A stretch of 64,000 nt of DNA from Candidatus Zhuqueibacterota bacterium (GTDB lineage Bacteria > Zhuqueibacterota > Zhuqueibacteria > Thermofontimicrobiales > Thermofontimicrobiaceae). The stretch is from the NCBI GenBank assembly GCA_034506395.1, contig JAPDPQ010000003.1:162818-226817 (forward strand), written 5' to 3'. The notes under the pieces are model-generated. The model ran no database searches, was not told where the DNA came from, and saw only the letters and a program-made list of their open reading frames with translations. The translations under genes were made by a program, and so were the position numbers. Below are positions 62,769 through 64,000 of this stretch, in pieces. Each line of letters opens with the position of its first letter. Within the stretch, counting starts at the first letter, position 1.

Positions 62769-63860
62769 TTAATTATGAAATCGATAAAAAATCAAATCCC
62801 CATCCTCGACCACGTAATCCTTGCCATGGATCGCCACCAAGCCCAATTCTTTCAGTTTGGCTTCTGAGCCATGCAGAACCAGATCCTGATATTTGATCAC
62901 CTCAGCTTTGATGAACCCCCGTTCGAAATCGGAATGGATCTTGCCGGCTGCCTTGTGAACCAGCGTGCCCCTCGGAATGGTCCATGCATGTGCCTCGTTC
63001 TTGTTCGCAGTAAAAAAAGTGATCAAATTTAGCACTTGATACCCAGCGCGAACAACCTGATGGAGGCTCAGTTCATCCAGCCCCCACTCGCGCAGAAACT
63101 CAGGCTGACTCTCTGGATCGAGCTGAGCAATTTCCTCCTGGATTTTACCGTAGACTACCACACATGGCTCATTGTGCTGCTCAGCATAGGCTTGCAGTTG
63201 CTTGGCATATCGGTCGTCTTTGAAATTTTCCTCACCGACGTTGGCGATGAAAATCGCTGGCTTCAGCGTCAATAGGTTCAGCTCGGTTAGCGCTTCCCGC
63301 GCCTCGGACGATATCTGCATTCGCTTTAATGGAATCCCCTGGGAAAGCCCTTGCTTGATCTCCGAAAAAATTTCCCACTGCTCCTTTATCTTCGGATCAC
63401 CCGATTTCATTGCTGTGCTTAATCGCGCCAGCTTCCGCTCCACGATCTCCAAATCTTTCATGATCAATTCCGTCATCACCACCTCAACATCCGCAATAGG
63501 ATCGAGCTGGGCACTGACATGCGCCACATTCGCATCTTCAAAGCATCGCACCACATGCGCAATGGCATCTACCCCCTGAATATGGCTCAAGAATTGATTG
63601 CCCAGTCCCTCCCCTTTGCTCGCCCCTTTCACCAGACCGGCAATATCGATAAACTCCAGCGTGGTGGGCGTGATTTTAGCCGATCCAATGACCCTGGCTA
63701 TGGTTTCCAGCCGTTCATCTTTCAGGGGCACGATGCCAATATTGGGATCGATGGTGCAAAATGGGTAATTCGAGGCAGGGACCTGAAGCGCCGTCAGCGC
63801 GTTGAAGATGGTGGATTTTCCCACATTCGGGAGGCCAACTAATCCGCATTTAAATCCCAT
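62769..63860 (-). CDS. ychF: Redox-regulated ribosome-binding ATPase YchF
   Basis: G1 motif GLVGLPNVGKST, TGS domain. Start at MGFKCGL; the ORF extends to 63941. Confidence 0.92.
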   Translation of the reverse strand: MGFKCGLVGLPNVGKSTIFNALTALQVPASNYPFCTIDPNIGIVPLKDERLETIARVIGSAKITPTTLEFIDIAGLVKGASKGEGLGNQFLSHIQGVDAIAHVVRCFEDANVAHVSAQLDPIADVEVVMTELIMKDLEIVERKLARLSTAMKSGDPKIKEQWEIFSEIKQGLSQGIPLKRMQISSEAREALTELNLLTLKPAIFIANVGEENFKDDRYAKQLQAYAEQHNEPCVVVYGKIQEEIAQLDPESQPEFLREWGLDELSLHQVVRAGYQVLNLITFFTANKNEAHAWTIPRGTLVHKAAGKIHSDFERGFIKAEVIKYQDLVLHGSEAKLKELGLVAIHGKDYVVEDGDLIFYRFHN

Positions 63861-64000
63861 GATCGTCTCTTTGCATGTATAAGTGAATGACAGGATGAAC
63901 TTTGCTCGTTTTACAATCCTATCTGCCGAAAAGTTTCTCACTCGCGAATCAATTAATACGCCGCGCCATTCTTAACCTCGGAACCAATTCATAAATTTCC

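Noticed and set aside
63861-63941. N-terminal 27-aa extension of YchF
   Set aside because: YchF universally begins at the G1 motif (MGFKCGLVGLPNVGKST).

Overview
This 64 kb window is a gene-dense bacterial chromosomal segment, roughly 47-48% GC by eye, made up almost entirely of housekeeping genes with no obvious mobile DNA, CRISPR array, tRNA or rRNA. The first 12.3 kb is a compact division/cell-wall (dcw) cluster on the minus strand in the order mraZ-rsmH-ftsL-ftsI-murF-mraY-ftsW-ftsQ-ftsA-ftsZ. It lacks the usual interspersed murE, murD, murG, murC, murB and ddl. The middle of the window carries lipid, envelope and nucleic-acid housekeeping genes: plsC, nadD, bamD, lnt, ruvX, HU, rel, dnaB, a family-4 UDG and mutS. 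It also has a Firmicutes-like yicC-remA-gmk-rpoZ-coaBC block, nadK, xseAB, a SAM-dependent methyltransferase, a second HU gene and an FmdB-family zinc-ribbon protein gene. The plus-strand half carries a hutI-like amidohydrolase translationally coupled to a two-domain lipoprotein and a FadL/PorV-like outer-membrane protein. These are followed by a TPR protein, rpiB, glyA, nrdR and an rnfCDGEA operon without rnfB. The window ends with a coupled pair of unknown-function genes (an HExxH protein and a Cys-His protein), tatC, nadA, a PHP phosphoesterase and ychF. Gene content (BamD, Lnt, several FadL-like OMPs with the G-x-G-A-x-A-MGGA/NPA-L N-terminal motif, Rnf) suggests a diderm bacterium, possibly from the FCB group or a related candidate phylum, but the lineage cannot be fixed from sequence alone. 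Non-genic signals worth a second look are a heptameric (CTGAYYA)n tandem-repeat family sitting immediately after two stop codons, a family of about 30-nt hairpin elements sharing an AATGTCA leader, and a candidate MraZ operator with three GGG boxes at 10-bp spacing.
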